Below are positions 26,661-39,015 of a DNA stretch of 64,000 nucleotides, in pieces. The position numbers were made by a program, and so were the translations under genes. Origin of the DNA: Felis catus (taxonomy: Eukaryota). The DNA lies in contig NC_058368.1 of NCBI RefSeq assembly GCF_018350175.1, positions 224,690,001-224,754,000 of the forward strand, in the 5' to 3' direction. The notes beneath the pieces were generated by a model. The model was not told the DNA's origin. It searched no databases and saw only the letters and a program-made list of their open reading frames with translations. Each line of letters starts with the position of its first letter. Within the stretch, counting starts at the first letter, position 1.

Positions 26661-27402
26661 ATACCATCAGAATTTTTCACAGAGCTAGAATAAACAATCC
26701 TAAAATTTGTGTGGAGCTACAAGAGACCCAGAATAGTCAAAGCAACCTTGAAAAAGAAAAGCAAAGCTGGAGGCATCACAATTCCCGACTTTAAGTTATA
26801 TTACAAAGCTGTAGTGATCAAGACAGTATGGTACTGGCACAGAAACAGACAACTAGATCACTGGAACACGAATAGAAAACCTAGAAATGAACCCACAACT
26901 ATATGGTCAACTAATCTTCGACAAAGCAGGAAAGGACATCCAATGGAAAAAAGACGGTCTCTTCAACAAATCATGTTAGGAAAAGTAATGGAAACTTTTA
27001 AGCAAGAAAATGGCATGCTCTGACTGATGTTTAAAAGTAGGACTCTAGATATCTTATGAAGAATAGATTATAGGAAAATTGGGATGGATCTAAGGAGACC
27101 ACATAGAAGACTATTTTAGAAGTCTTGGGGAGATAATTCAGCTTTCAATAATGTTCTGACAGTGGTGATAGAAGCAATTATTGGAATTGATACCTATGTT
27201 GGAGGTAAAAACCAAGAAATAGTTAATTCAATATGGAGGTAAAAAGATAAGGAATAAGGTATAATTCCTGATTAACTTGAGTATCTGGGTGAGAAGGTAC
27301 ATACTTTGAGATGAAAATAATATTTAGGTACAGGTAAAAGAAAACATAAATATAATGTAAGAAGCTGGGCATTAAAATCAGGAATGTCAAAGTGTAGGCA
27401 CA

Positions 27403-27592
27403 GGGAGGCTAGGTGGCTCTGTGGGTTAAATATCAAACTCTTGGTTTTGGCTCAGGTCACGATCTCATCATTTGTGATTCAATCCCCACGTCAGGCTCTG
27501 CGCTGACAGCAGAGAGCCTGCTTGGGATTCTCTCTCTCCCTCTTTCTCTGCCCCTCCCTTCCTCATTCTCTTTCTCTCTTTCTAAAAAAAAA
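27403..27592 (+). mobile_element. Can-SINE (older)
   Basis: GGGAGGCTAGGTGGCTCTGTGGG head, CT tract, A tail. Confidence 0.88.
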
Positions 27593-27608
27593 GAGGATTT
27601 TTTTTTAA

Positions 27609-27821
27609 TTTTTTTTTTAAACATTTATTTATTTTTCGGACAGAGAGAGACAGAGCATGAACGGGGGAGGGGCAGAGAGAGAGGGAGACACAGAATCGGA
27701 AACAGGCTCCAGGCTCCCAGCCATCAGCCCAGAGCCTGACGCGGGGCTCGAACTCCCGGACCGCGAGATCGTGACCTGGCTGAAGTCGGACGCTTAACCG
27801 ACTGTGCCACCCAGGCGCCCC
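27609..27821 (-). mobile_element. Young felid SINEC_Fc-type SINE
   Basis: CpGs intact (GGACCGCGAGATCGTGACCTGGCTGAAGTCGGACGCTTAACCG); TSD GAGGATT(T/G)TTTTTT..AA at 27593 and 27822. Confidence 0.95.
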
Positions 27822-28598
27822 GAGGATTGTTTTTTTAAAAAAGAATTTTCCTTGCACATAGAAGAATGAATAAGATCATACCTATAAAAAAGAGATACTA
27901 TCCTAACCCAACCCTCACATTCCCTACATTTATACTCCAAGTAGTGAAAGTTGCTCCATCACATGAATTTGAGAAGAAAAAGGATTATTATATTAGTAGT
28001 TAAAACAGGGATCTATGGTGTTTAGGAAAAATGTAGGTTGAGGTGAGGGTGAGATCATATCATATGAAGAATTGGGACCACTGAGATCAAATGATCTTTT
28101 ACAACAATTTGGGTTGGTAAATGAGAAAACAATCTAAATCTGGTGGTTGAAGAGTGGGGAAAGACAGTGTAAACAATTTTCTTGAGAATCTTTTTGATGC
28201 ACGCAAAGTGGAAATATACAAGTTGGAGAGGGGCAGGGGATGACGAGAAAACACCAACTCATTCCCCAGCACAAAGCTCTTTAGTGCCTATATTGCTTAT
28301 AGCTCACATTCATTTACCAGCTACGTTTTTCAATATTTTCTCACACTATTCTCTACAGGGCCTTGAATACTGTGTCAGACATTTTTCTGCCTCTGTGCTT
28401 CCTTTACTCATTTGGTTTCACTTCTGGGTCTTGTATCTTAAAATACTCTCCCACCTCCTAGTTGCCTGTCCTACTCCAGAACTCTGGTCTCATTACCCAT
28501 TCACCATGAATGCCTCCCTGTGATTCCAATAAGCAGTAAATTGTCTTATAAACCCTGACCATTCACTGTGTGTCTCTTCCAGAGGTTAAAGATGAACA

Positions 28599-29483
28599 AA
28601 TACAGCTGGAAGTCCAGAATTGTGATGCCTCAAGCTTCGGTTTTCTTTTTCAACATTCCTTTGGCTATCTGGGGTCTTTTCTGGGTCCATACAAATTTTA
28701 GAATTGTTCTAGCTCTGTGAAGTATGCTGGTGTTATTTTGATAGGGATTGCATCGAATATGTAGATTGCTTTGAGTAGTATTAACATTTTAACAATATTT
28801 GTTCTTGCAATCCATGAGCATGGAATCGTGTTCCATTTCTTTGTGTCTTCTTCAATTTCTTTCATAACCTTTCTATAGTTTTCAGCATACAGATCTTTAA
28901 CCTCTTTGGTTAGGTTTATTCCTAGGTATTTTATGGTTTTCAGTGCAATTGTATATGGGATCAATTCCTTGATTTTTCTTTCTGCTGCTTCATTACCGGT
29001 GCATAGAAATGCAACCAATTTCCATACATCGATTTTATATCCTGTGACTTTGCTGCATTCATGCATCAGCTCTAGAAGTTTTTTGGTGGGTTTTCCACGT
29101 ACAGTATCATGTCATCTGCGAAGAGTGAAAGTTTGACTTCTTTGATTATTTGCCTCACACCTGTCAGGATGGCTAAAATTAACAACAGGAAACAACAGAT
29201 GTTGGTGAGGATGCAGAGAGAGGAGAACACTTTTGCACTCCCAGTGGGAATGCAAACTGGTACAGCCACTCTGGAGAATAGTATGGAGGTTCTTCCAAAA
29301 ATTAAAAATAGAGTTACCCCCACGACCCAGCTATTGCACTACTAGGTATTTACCCAAAGGATACAAAAATGCTGATTCAAAAGGGCACATGCACCCCAAT
29401 GTTTATAGCAGCACTATCAACAATAGCCAAATTATAGAAAGAGTCCAAGTGTCCATAGACTAATGAATGGATAAAGAAGATGT

Positions 29484-29520
<37 letters not shown>

Positions 29521-29944
29521 TGGAATATTACTCAGCTATAAAAAAGAATGAAATATTGCCATTTGCAACAATGTGGATGGAACTAGAGTACTATGCTGTG
29601 AAGTAAGTCAGTCAGTGAAAGATAAATATATGATTCCACTCATATGTGGAATATAAGAAACAAAATAGACGAGCAGAGGGGAATGGAAGGAAAAGTAAGA
29701 TAAAAACAGAGAGGCAGGCAAACCATAAAAGGCTCTTAAATACAGAGAACAAACTGAAGGTGGCTGGAGGGGTGTTGGGTGGGGGGATGGGCCAAATGAT
29801 GGGCACTAAGTAGGGCACTTGTTGGGATGAGCACTGGGCATTATATGTAAGTGATGAATCACTAAATTCTACTCTTGAAATCATTACTACACTATATGTT
29901 AGCTAGCTGGATTAAAATAAAATTAAAAATAAATAAATAAATAA
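28599..29944 (+). mobile_element. 5'-inverted L1 (inverted ORF2 segment on minus 28599-29144; ORF2 C-terminus and 3' UTR on plus 29148-29944)
   Basis: Minus: [28 protein letters not shown]...YLGINLTKEVKDLY; plus: [11 protein letters not shown]..., [10 protein letters not shown]; (AAAT)n tail. Confidence 0.9.
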
Positions 29945-30459
29945 GATACTGATAACGCATTATAGGAAAAAAAAAAAAGGTCAAAGGAGAATTGTGCCAT
30001 AGATTCCAGGAATTACCAAATCCTACATTGCCAAAAACAGAGAAAAAGAAAGAGAGGGGAGAGAATAAAAGAAGAGAGAACCTGTTCTACTTGGGAAACG
30101 CTAAATTATTTTACTACCCAGAGGAGGTAGGAAACATAAAGAAAGACATTTCCTAGACAAGTTTATGACATGAAAAGGAGAAAATATAAGAAGTCATTTA
30201 CAGGAAAAAACACAAACCTAGGAGACTAAAGAGTCTATGTTCTTTGGTGCACGCAAATGAATTATCTCTACTTGTAAGCTCTGCTAAATCCATTTCTCTA
30301 TCTCTGACCAAGAACACTAGCAACTCCTCCTCTTTTCTAGAATAATCAAGCCAAGGAAGGGCTAGTGTGAAAGAAAGAGAAACCCTCTCCTTTCCTGGTC
30401 CCATTTTTGGCCTTCATAACAGGACTTGAGGCAACTCATTTAAAATGCTTTAACTTTAT

Positions 30460-30710
30460 GGGGCGCCTGTGTGGCTCAACGTATCCTCATTTCTCATTCC
30501 TCTTTGGACAGAATTAGTCATGTAGCTCTGCCTAACGTGATCTCACAGCTTATGGGTTCGAGCCCCACATCGGGCTCTGTGCTGACAGCTCAGAGCCTGG
30601 AGCCTGCTTCGGATTCTGTGTCTATCTCTCTGCCCACCCCCCCCCCACTCACACTCTACCTATCTCTCTCTCTCTCTCTCAAAATATAAATAAACATTAA
30701 AATAAATGTC
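30460..30710 (+). mobile_element. Can-SINE with an internal non-SINE replacement
   Basis: Head and 3' body are SINE; 30478-30536 matches 32277-32335; TSD AAATGCTTTAACTTT at 30443-30457 and 30711-30725. Confidence 0.92.
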
Positions 30711-30959
30711 AAATGCTTTAACTTTCCATGCACTTACGTTTTCCTAAAAATAATATAAACTTATTATGAGCAAGAACATATTATGTGTCTGCCTGTATAA
30801 GTATTTTTGCTTGTTTGTATTTCTGTAGGGTTTTATAAATTGAGTATTGGTGTGATACAGCAAAAAATGTAAAAGTTATCAATTTAATTGCTACGTGGCT
30901 GGCAATCAAAAAGACAAACTTAGGAATAATTTCCACTGTAGTGCTCTACGACTTTAAAA

Positions 30960-31176
30960 TTTAATTTTTTTTAACATTTATTCATTTTTGAGAGACAGAG
31001 AGAGACAGAGAGTGAGTGGGGGAGGAGTAGAGAGAAAGGAAGGCACAGCATCTGAAGCAGGCTCTAGGCTCCAAGCTGTCAGCACAGAGTCTGACACAGG
31101 GCTCGAACTTATGGACTACGAGATCATGACCTGAGCAAAGTTGGAGTCTCAACCAAAGGAGCCACCCAGGTGCCCC
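30960..31176 (-). mobile_element. Can-SINE
   Basis: Typical body ending GCCACCCAGGTGCCCC. Confidence 0.92.
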
Positions 31177-31537
31177 TGGATGACTTTATACTAGACACAA
31201 TCAAAGGTCATATGATTAGACAGCGCTTAGTTCCCTAGAATTTCTTGAGAAGGAAATCATTTAGCATTCTTTATTTCTGTGATCTAGTAATTCAGTCAGT
31301 TAGCATATATGCATGGATTGATGAATGGGTTAAAATGTTCCCTGAAGTAGCTTGGGGATCCTGAGAAAGAAGTACATAAAAATGTGAGCTGTTCTAATAT
31401 CTTCCGCATCTGCATTCATCATCTTTCTGGGTAGATAAATTTATGTAGTTGAATTAAGAAATATAATTAAAAACTGTGGTTATAGTTAATATATCAATTC
31501 AGTGCACTAAGAAATGAGATTAAAAAATCATTTCCCA

Positions 31538-31762
31538 GGGTGCTTGGGTTGCTCAGTCTGTTAAGTGTCCTACTCTTGGTTTCAGCTCAGGTCATGATCT
31601 CACAGTTCATGGGTTCAAGCCCTGCATTGGGCTCCACGCTCACAGTGTGGAGCCTGCTTGGGATTTTCTTTGTCCTTCTCTCTCTGCCCCACCCCTGCTT
31701 GACTGCCAGCCCCCCCCCAAAAAAAAACCTTTATAAAAACTAAAAGAAAATTTTAAAAAAAG
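31538..31762 (+). mobile_element. Can-SINE
   Basis: GGGTGCTTGGGTTGCTCAG head; degenerate TSD ending ATTTCCC. Confidence 0.9.
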
Positions 31763-32029
31763 GAATTTCCCCAATTGTAATTTCTGGAGATGTGAGTCAT
31801 TTTATGAAATTTTAAAAAAAGCTATCCCCCGGGCAAAAAAAAAAAATTGTGTTCATAAACTTACAATGTGCATTAACATAACTTTTATCTGAGAAGAAAC
31901 CAAGTTAGAACAATTGAGTTGGAAAAATCTCTTCCCCGCTTTCAGACAGGGTCTACTTGCTCATTTCAACCTTGATGCTTCTGACATGTTGTTCTCCAGC
32001 GCGTCCTCTCCCTTTCTCTGTATTTTTCA

Positions 32030-32420
32030 GGTTCCATCAGACTATCTCAGTGGCTTAACATAAGAGTTCCCTGCCCAACGAGATGACTTTGGGACAACAG
32101 TTCTCCCCGTAGCATTCCACAGCCGCAACCACCATGCACCTCAAGTTCGTCTATCTTGCTGCTAGTTCATTTCACCATGAGACCTCCAGTTTTGCCATGA
32201 CATGAGGACAAAAAATACACCTGGAAAGTCTGGAGAGTCGCTTGGGGATTTTCACTGCCTTGGCTTAGAGGAGAAGAACACATCCTCACTTCTCATTCCT
32301 CTTTGGACAGAATTAGTCGTGTAGCTCTGCCTGACTGCCAAGAGGCTGGAAGCATACTTTCTCATATGGCCAAATAGAAGGGAAAATCAGATATGGGTGA
32401 GAATTAAAATGTCTACTGAA
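32030..32420. mobile_element. MLT1-type (ERVL-MaLR) LTR relic
   Basis: CTCAGTGGCTTAACA...CACTTCTCATTCCTCTTTGGACAGAATTAGTCGTGTAGCTCTGCCTGACTGCCAAGAGGCTGG...CAGATATGGGTGAG resemble MLT1 motifs. Confidence 0.65.
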
Positions 32421-32709
32421 CTCTAGAAACTTTCCCCATGTTTGCATGATTAAATCACTCATAGGTGCAACTTATGGAGCAGCCAATCCAGAAGCATTCC
32501 TGCTACAATAAAGTGCGTTTTGAACCACAGTTACAGAATTTATTGTATCTGTTCTTCTCTAATTGAGGATCAAACTTCAAAGCTCACATCCTCATTACTT
32601 CAATTACTGCCCTAAGTATAACCTTTCGACTTATCCATTATCACTTCCAATGTCTTTCTATTTTAGCAGTGTATAAACCCAGATTAAAGCCAGTCTTCAA
32701 TTTTTCTTT

Positions 32710-32711
<2 letters not shown>

Positions 32712-32749
<38 letters not shown>
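32712..32749. repeat. Poly-T (38 nt)
   Basis: Homopolymer. Confidence 0.97.
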
Positions 32750-32751
<2 letters not shown>

Positions 32752-32960
32752 CCAGATGGATTCCAGTTTAGAATCTAGAGTCAAATGGCCTGATTCTGAA
32801 TCCTGACACCAATAGTTAGTAGATATATGACCTTGGTAACATTACTCAACATTTTAGTGCTTAGAATTCCTCACCTATGAAATAAAGATAATCATAGCTT
32901 CTGCCTTGTTAGGTGATTATGATTATCATATAAGAAAATATATATAAATATTAACTATGA
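32750..32960 (+). mobile_element. MIR relic
   Basis: CCTGATTCTGAATCCTGAC...ATGACCTTGG...TTCCTCACCTATGAAATA core. Confidence 0.65.
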
Positions 32961-33751
32961 TTAGTAAAGGCCCTAATGTTCTTAATCTCATCTTAAGATA
33001 TTTCCACCATCTTTTATACTCACTGGCAACTGGATTTAACTCCACAAAGCTGAGTTTTCTCTGATTCGTTTTCTTCCATATTCCTTTATGCCACAAGAAC
33101 ACATAAAATGAAAGTATTCTTTTTGCTCTCAGTTATGGTCTCTAAATAATTTCTTCCTCTTCCTCCTCCTCTGGAGGAAGGAGGGAGAGTCCTGCCTCCT
33201 TTAGCCACATGCCTTCAAGCACACTAATCCTGTTGTATAGCAACATATTGACCATCTCTTTTTATTAAAGACTCCATCTCCTAACCCCTGATGTTTCTTG
33301 AGTGAGCCTAAAATTGATGTGGGTGTCTCTTTAACATTTCCCACTCTCTCTCCTATAACTATGGATGTGAAATAAGTTTTATTTTCATTCAGTTCAAGGT
33401 TTTGCTTCCAAAATTATAACATATACTTTCCCCACCAAAAATATGTTAATTTGAATATCAAATTTCTCCACTGTCACCTCTTCTTTCTAACTCACTGGTT
33501 CTTACATCCACATGTCAACAATGCTTTCACTTTACACAATGGTCAAAATTCTTTGGGATGTACCAAAATCTGGTCTAAGAGGGAAGATTATAGCATATAA
33601 GCTTACTTTAAGAAGTGAGGGAAATATCAAATAAACGACCTAACCTTACAACTAAAGGATATGGGAAAACAAGAACAAACAAGACACAAAACGAATAGAA
33701 GGAAGGAAATAATACGTATTCGAGCAGAAATAAGCAGTATAGAAACTAAAA

Positions 33752-33790
<39 letters not shown>

Positions 33791-35434
33791 CAAATAACAA
33801 ATAAAAACAGATCAATGAAAACAAAATCTGGTCCTTTGAAAAGATCAACAAAATTGGTAAACTTTTAACCAAACTCATCAAAAAAAAAAAAAAAGAGAGA
33901 GACAGAGAAGATTCCAATAAACAAAACTAGAAATGAAAGAAGTAACAAACATTATAGAACTCTAAAAGATTATGAAAATATGAAAATTTGTATTCCAAAA
34001 GATTTGACAAACTAGAAGAAATTGATAAATTCCTAGAAACATATCATGTATCAAAACAGAACCAGGAAGAAATTTTAAAAACTGGACTGATTACCAGCAA
34101 TGAAATCAAATCAGTAACTACAAAACTTTCAACAAACTAAACTCTAAGACCAGACCACTTTGCTAGTAAATTCTACCAAACACATAAAGAAAAGCTAATA
34201 CCTATTCTCAGACAACTCCAAAACATAGACACGGAAAGAAAGCTTCCAAATTCATTCTATCAGGTGAGCATTGTCCTGATACCAAAACCAGATAAAGACA
34301 CTACAAAAAAGAGAAATATAGTCAATATCTGTGATGCAAATGGATGCAAAACTCCTCAACAAAAATTAGTAAATTGAATCCAACAATACATTAAAAAATC
34401 ATTCACCGAGATCAAGTGGGATTTATTTTTGGAATGCACGGGTGCTTCACTGTTCACAAATCAATCAGTGTGATACATCACATCAATAAGAAAAAGGATA
34501 AAAAATATACGATCACTTCCAAAGATGGAGAAAAAAATATTTGACAAAGTAAAACATCCATTCATGATACAAACCCTCCACAAAGTCGGTTTACAGGGAA
34601 CATACCTCAATTAAAAAAAAGTCAAGTATGAAAAACGCACAGCGAATTTCATACCCAATACTGAAAAGCTAAAAGCATTCCCCCTGAAATCATAAACAAG
34701 ACAATGATGTCCACTCTCACTGTATTTAGTCAACCTAATACTGGAAGTTCTAGCCCCAGTAATCAGGCAAGTAAAAGAAATTAAAAGCACCAAAATTGGT
34801 AAGAAAGAAGTAAAACTTTCATTAATTGCAGCTTACATGATACTGTATAGGGAAAACCCAAAACCCTCCACCAAAAAACTACTAGGATTGATACATGAAT
34901 TCAGTAATGTCACAGGATAAAAAAATCAATATATAGATATCTGTTGGATTTCTCTACACTAATGATGCATCAGAAGAAAGATCAATTAAGAAAATAATCC
35001 CATTTGCAATTACACCAAAATAATAAAATATCTAGGAATAAATTTAACCAAGGAGATTAAAGATCCATCCTTTGAAAACTATAAAACATTGCTGAAAGGA
35101 ATTGAAGATGACCCAAAAAATGAAAAGGCATTCCATGCTCATGGGTTGGCAGAATAAATATTATTAAAATGTCATACTACCCAAAGCAATCTACACATTT
35201 AATGCACTCGCTATCAAAATACTATCAGCATTTTTCACAGAACTAAAACAAATCATTCTAAAATTTATATAGAAACACCAAGGACCTTGAATAGCCAAAG
35301 CAGTCTTGAAAGAACAAAACTGGAGTTATTACAATGTCACATTTCAAGATATACTACAAAGCTGTAGTAATCAAAACAGTATAGTATCTGCACAAAAAAG
35401 ATACATAGGCCAATAGAATAGAATAGAGAGCCCA

Positions 35435-35662
35435 GGGGCATCTGGGTGGCTCAGTTTGTCAAGGGTCCAAATCTTGATTTCAGCTCAGGTCAGATCTCAC
35501 GGTTCCTGAGATGGAACCCCACATCAAGCTCTGCCCTGACAATGCAGACCCTGGTTGGGATTCTCTCTCTCCTTCTCTCTGCCCCTCCCCGACTTGCACA
35601 CATTCTCTCCCTTTCTCTCTCTCCCTCTCAAAATAATAAGCAAACATGAAAAAAAAAAAAAG
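35435..35662 (+). mobile_element. Can-SINE nested in L1
   Basis: GGGGCATCTGGGTGGCTCAG head; TSD AA(T/C)AGAGA(G/T)C(C/T)CAG. Confidence 0.92.
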
Positions 35663-36607
35663 AACAGAGATCTCAGAAATAAACCCACAGTTACATGGTC
35701 AATTCATCTTCTACAAAGCAGGAAAGAATAACTAACGGGAAAAAGATTCTTCAACAAATGGTGTTGGGAAAACTAGACAGCAACCTGTAAAAGTATGAAA
35801 CTGGTCTCCTTTCTTACATCATAAACAAAAATAATCTGAAAATGGATTAAAGACCTAAATGTGAGACCTGAAACCATAAAAATCTTAAAGAGAAAACAGG
35901 CAAAATTTCTTTACATCGGCTGTAGCAACATTTTTCTAAATATGTCCCCTGAGGCAAGGGAAGCAAAAGCAAAAATAAATGATTAAAATTACATCAAAAT
36001 AGAAATTTCTACACAGCAAGGGTAACAATCAATGGAACAAAAAGCCAACCTACTGAATGGGAGAAGATATTTGCAAATAATATCTTTAATAAGGGGTTGG
36101 TATCTAAAATATATAAATAATTTATACAACTCAACACCAAAAAAGTAATCTAATTAAAAAGGGGCAGAAAACATGAACAGACATTTTTCCAAAGAAAACA
36201 TACAGATGTCCAGCAGGCACATGAATAGATTCTCAATATCACTTATCATCAGGGGATGCAAATCAAGTGCAATCAGTCAAAATGGCTAAAATTTAAAAAA
36301 TTAAAAAAAAAAAAAGTAAGAAGCAACAAGTGCTGGTGAGGATGTGGAGAAAACGGAACCCCAGTACACTGTTGGTGGGAATGCAAATTGGTGCAACCAT
36401 TGTGGGATACATTATGGAGCTTTCTCAAAATATTAAATATAAAAGTACTATAGGATCCAGTATTTCCATCCCTGGGTATGTACACAAAGAATATGAAAAC
36501 ACTGATTCAGAAAGATACATGCACCCCTATGTTTATTGCAGCATTGTCTACAATAGCCAAAATATGGAAGCAACCCAAGTGTCCATGATAGATGGGTAAA
36601 GAAGTTG

Positions 36608-36741
36608 TGATATATATATAATATATAATATATAATATATAATATATAAGTGATATATAATATATATTATATTATATACAATATGTGATATTATATTATA
36701 TATAATATGTGATATATATAATATATATAATATATATATAA
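36608..36741. repeat. AT-rich (TATAA/TGTGATA) low-complexity expansion within the L1
   Basis: Sits at the L1 position where the other copies here carry (TG)n or a short ATAC tract. Confidence 0.9.
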
Positions 36742-37599
36742 TGGACTATTACTCGGCCATATAAAAGAATGAAATTTTGCCACTTGCAACACCATGGATG
36801 GTTCCAGAGGGTGTAATATTAAGTGAAATAAGTCAGTCAGAAAAAGGCAAATGCCACTTGAGTTTACTCATATGTGGAATTTAAGAAACAAAACAATGAA
36901 AAAAAGAGACAAACCAAAAAACACACTATTAGCTATAGGGAATGAACTGATGGTGACCAGAGGGGAGGTAGGTGGTGGGAATGGGTGAAAGAGGTGATGG
37001 GGATTAACGGGACACTTACTATGAGCACTGAGTAATGTTGTTGAATCGCTATATTGTACACCCAAAACTAATAGAACACTGTACATTAATTATACTGGAA
37101 TTTAAAAATAAATAAGTAGATAAATAGATAAATAAACAATTTTTAAGAAACACAATGCTTTCACCTCATCAAGATACCCGATTTATTTATGCTATCAGTT
37201 TCTTACTCTCAATAGTATCATATTCTTGTCATGTTATTGTCATGCCTATCTTTGTTCTGGTTATACTTCATGCTCAATTTTTGTAATTTTTCCCCTGAAA
37301 AAGTTTTCATTTTTTCTTTCCTTCCTTCTTTTTTCCTTTACACTTTGGGGAAAAAAAAGCCCTGGGTGACATCAAATATCCTCCTTTTCCTTCATGGACT
37401 AAGAGCATCTGATCATTTCTCAAGAAAATCATGCAACTTGCTGAGCAGATTCACTTTAAGTGCCTCGTCAGAAACATCAAAGCGTTGCAACAGTTCTTGG
37501 AAATACCTTGTTGTTTCTTTAATATTATCTTTTACCTTATCCTCCTTAAAAGCCGTTCATTTACCAGCCCACCCTGTTAGCACACAGACATTCAGTTAA

Positions 37600-39015
37600 C
37601 AACGTCGTTAATTCCCGGTCCGTCCAATCACAGTAGGGCACATCCCTTTTCTGACCCTTGGCCAACAATCCCTCTAAGGCCCTGGGTCTTATCTTCTGTA
37701 GCTTCCTTAAGGCTTTCATTTCTGACAGCTATTTCTTCTCTGACCTACATCATTCTCTTGGACACCATCTCTCTGACCGGCATGCTTCACGCCTGTGGGG
37801 TATTTTTGGTTCTCGCTTCCCTTCACTTCTCAGTAACCTTTGACACCGCTCATCACTTTTTCTTGGAATCTTCTCTCTTGACTTTCATGAGGCCTCATTT
37901 TCCTACTTTCCTTCTGCCTCAGAGTCCCTTTCACTGTTTTCTTTGCTTGTTCTGCAGTGTCCAACATCTCAACTTGGAATTTCTCGGCACTTGTTCTTAT
38001 GTTTTCGTATTATTTCTGTCCCGTGCCCTCTGTGGTGACCCATTCATTCACATGCTATGAGTGTCATTGATGTCATTATGACTCTTAAATTTAATATACC
38101 CAACCCAGACATTTTTAGTGAAATTCAGACTCATTCAACATCTCTACCAAACTGTCTTATAGACACTTCAACATCATGTCCCAAACAAAGCCCTCGACTT
38201 CTTTCCTAAATACTAATAATATCCCCTCTTTCACACTGGGGCTATGTGCTGTGCCTAACCTGGGAGTTACTCAAACCAGAATCTGTGTCATTGTCCTGTT
38301 TCTGCCTTTGCCTTATTCCAACATCTTATCTATCAGCAAGTCCTATTAAATATTTTTGTACAGTGTATCTGGAATGTTTCCACTTTTTCATGGCTCAACT
38401 GTCACCTTCCCAGCTCAAAATCTCATCTGTTCCCAGCCCTGCAATCTCCTCTTTAAAAAAAAAAATTTGTTTATTTACTTTTGAATGAGAGAGCACGAAT
38501 ATGGGAGGTGCAGAGAGAGGGGGACAGAGGATCTGAAGGAGGCTCCGAGCTGTCAGCGCAAAGCCCGACGCAGGGCTCCAACTCACAAACCTTGAGATCA
38601 TGATCTGAGCTGAAGTCAGATGCTCAACCGACTGAGCCACCCAGGCGTCCCAACAACCTCCTCTTTATTAGTGTGCATGGTTCCATTCCCTCTGCCTTCT
38701 AATCCATTTCCTTCCCCAATAGCAAATTGATGTTAGAAGTATATATTGGATATTCTAATGCTTAAAAGCCTTCCTCAACTTCTTAGTCCTCTAGGATAAA
38801 ATGAAAACTCTTTTATGAGACTCTCCTTAAGCTGAGCCCAACTTATATTCCAGCCTATCTGGTAATATTATCCACCCAGCTCATTTCACTCCTCATGAAC
38901 TGCCTTTTTATTAGCTTCATATCAACGATCAACTCTTTTCCAACTTGAGATCTGTTTAAATCTTCTTGTCTTCTCTCTTCCCTCAGGTCTCAGTTTAGAT
39001 ATCACCTCTGTACAG
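37600..39015 (+). mobile_element. L2 relic fragments
   Basis: Pyrimidine-rich L2-like motifs (CCTTTGACACCGCTCATCACT; CAACATCATGTCCCAAAC; CAGGTCTCAGTTTAGATATCACCTC); boundaries approximate. Confidence 0.55.
38456..38651 (-). mobile_element. Can-SINE
   Basis: TSD CAA(T/C)CTCCTCTTTA. Confidence 0.92.

Larger units (their letters stand above)
25073..26985 (-). mobile_element. 5'-inverted L1 insertion (3' end on minus 25073-25522; inverted ORF2 RT segment on plus ~25601-26985)
   Basis: Minus piece encodes EYWSAIKKNETLPFAMMWMEPESIMLS; plus piece encodes FSKVTGYKINIQK...YLGINLT and [41 protein letters not shown] at 25061-25072 and 26986-26997. Confidence 0.88.
33531..37151 (+). mobile_element. 5'-truncated carnivore L1 (most of ORF2 plus 3' UTR, ~3.6 kb, inactive)
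   Basis: Continuous ORF2 homology from the late endonuclease region through RT to the C-terminus, with many stops and frameshifts; TSD ACAATGCTTTCAC at 33518-33530 and 37152-37164. Confidence 0.95.

Noticed and set aside
26155..27023. ORFs with clear RT-protein similarity
   Set aside because: Fragments of a truncated, SINE-interrupted L1 ORF2; not an expressed gene
33531..37151. Potentially active L1
   Set aside because: No 5' UTR or ORF1, many stops and frameshifts, and a nested SINE
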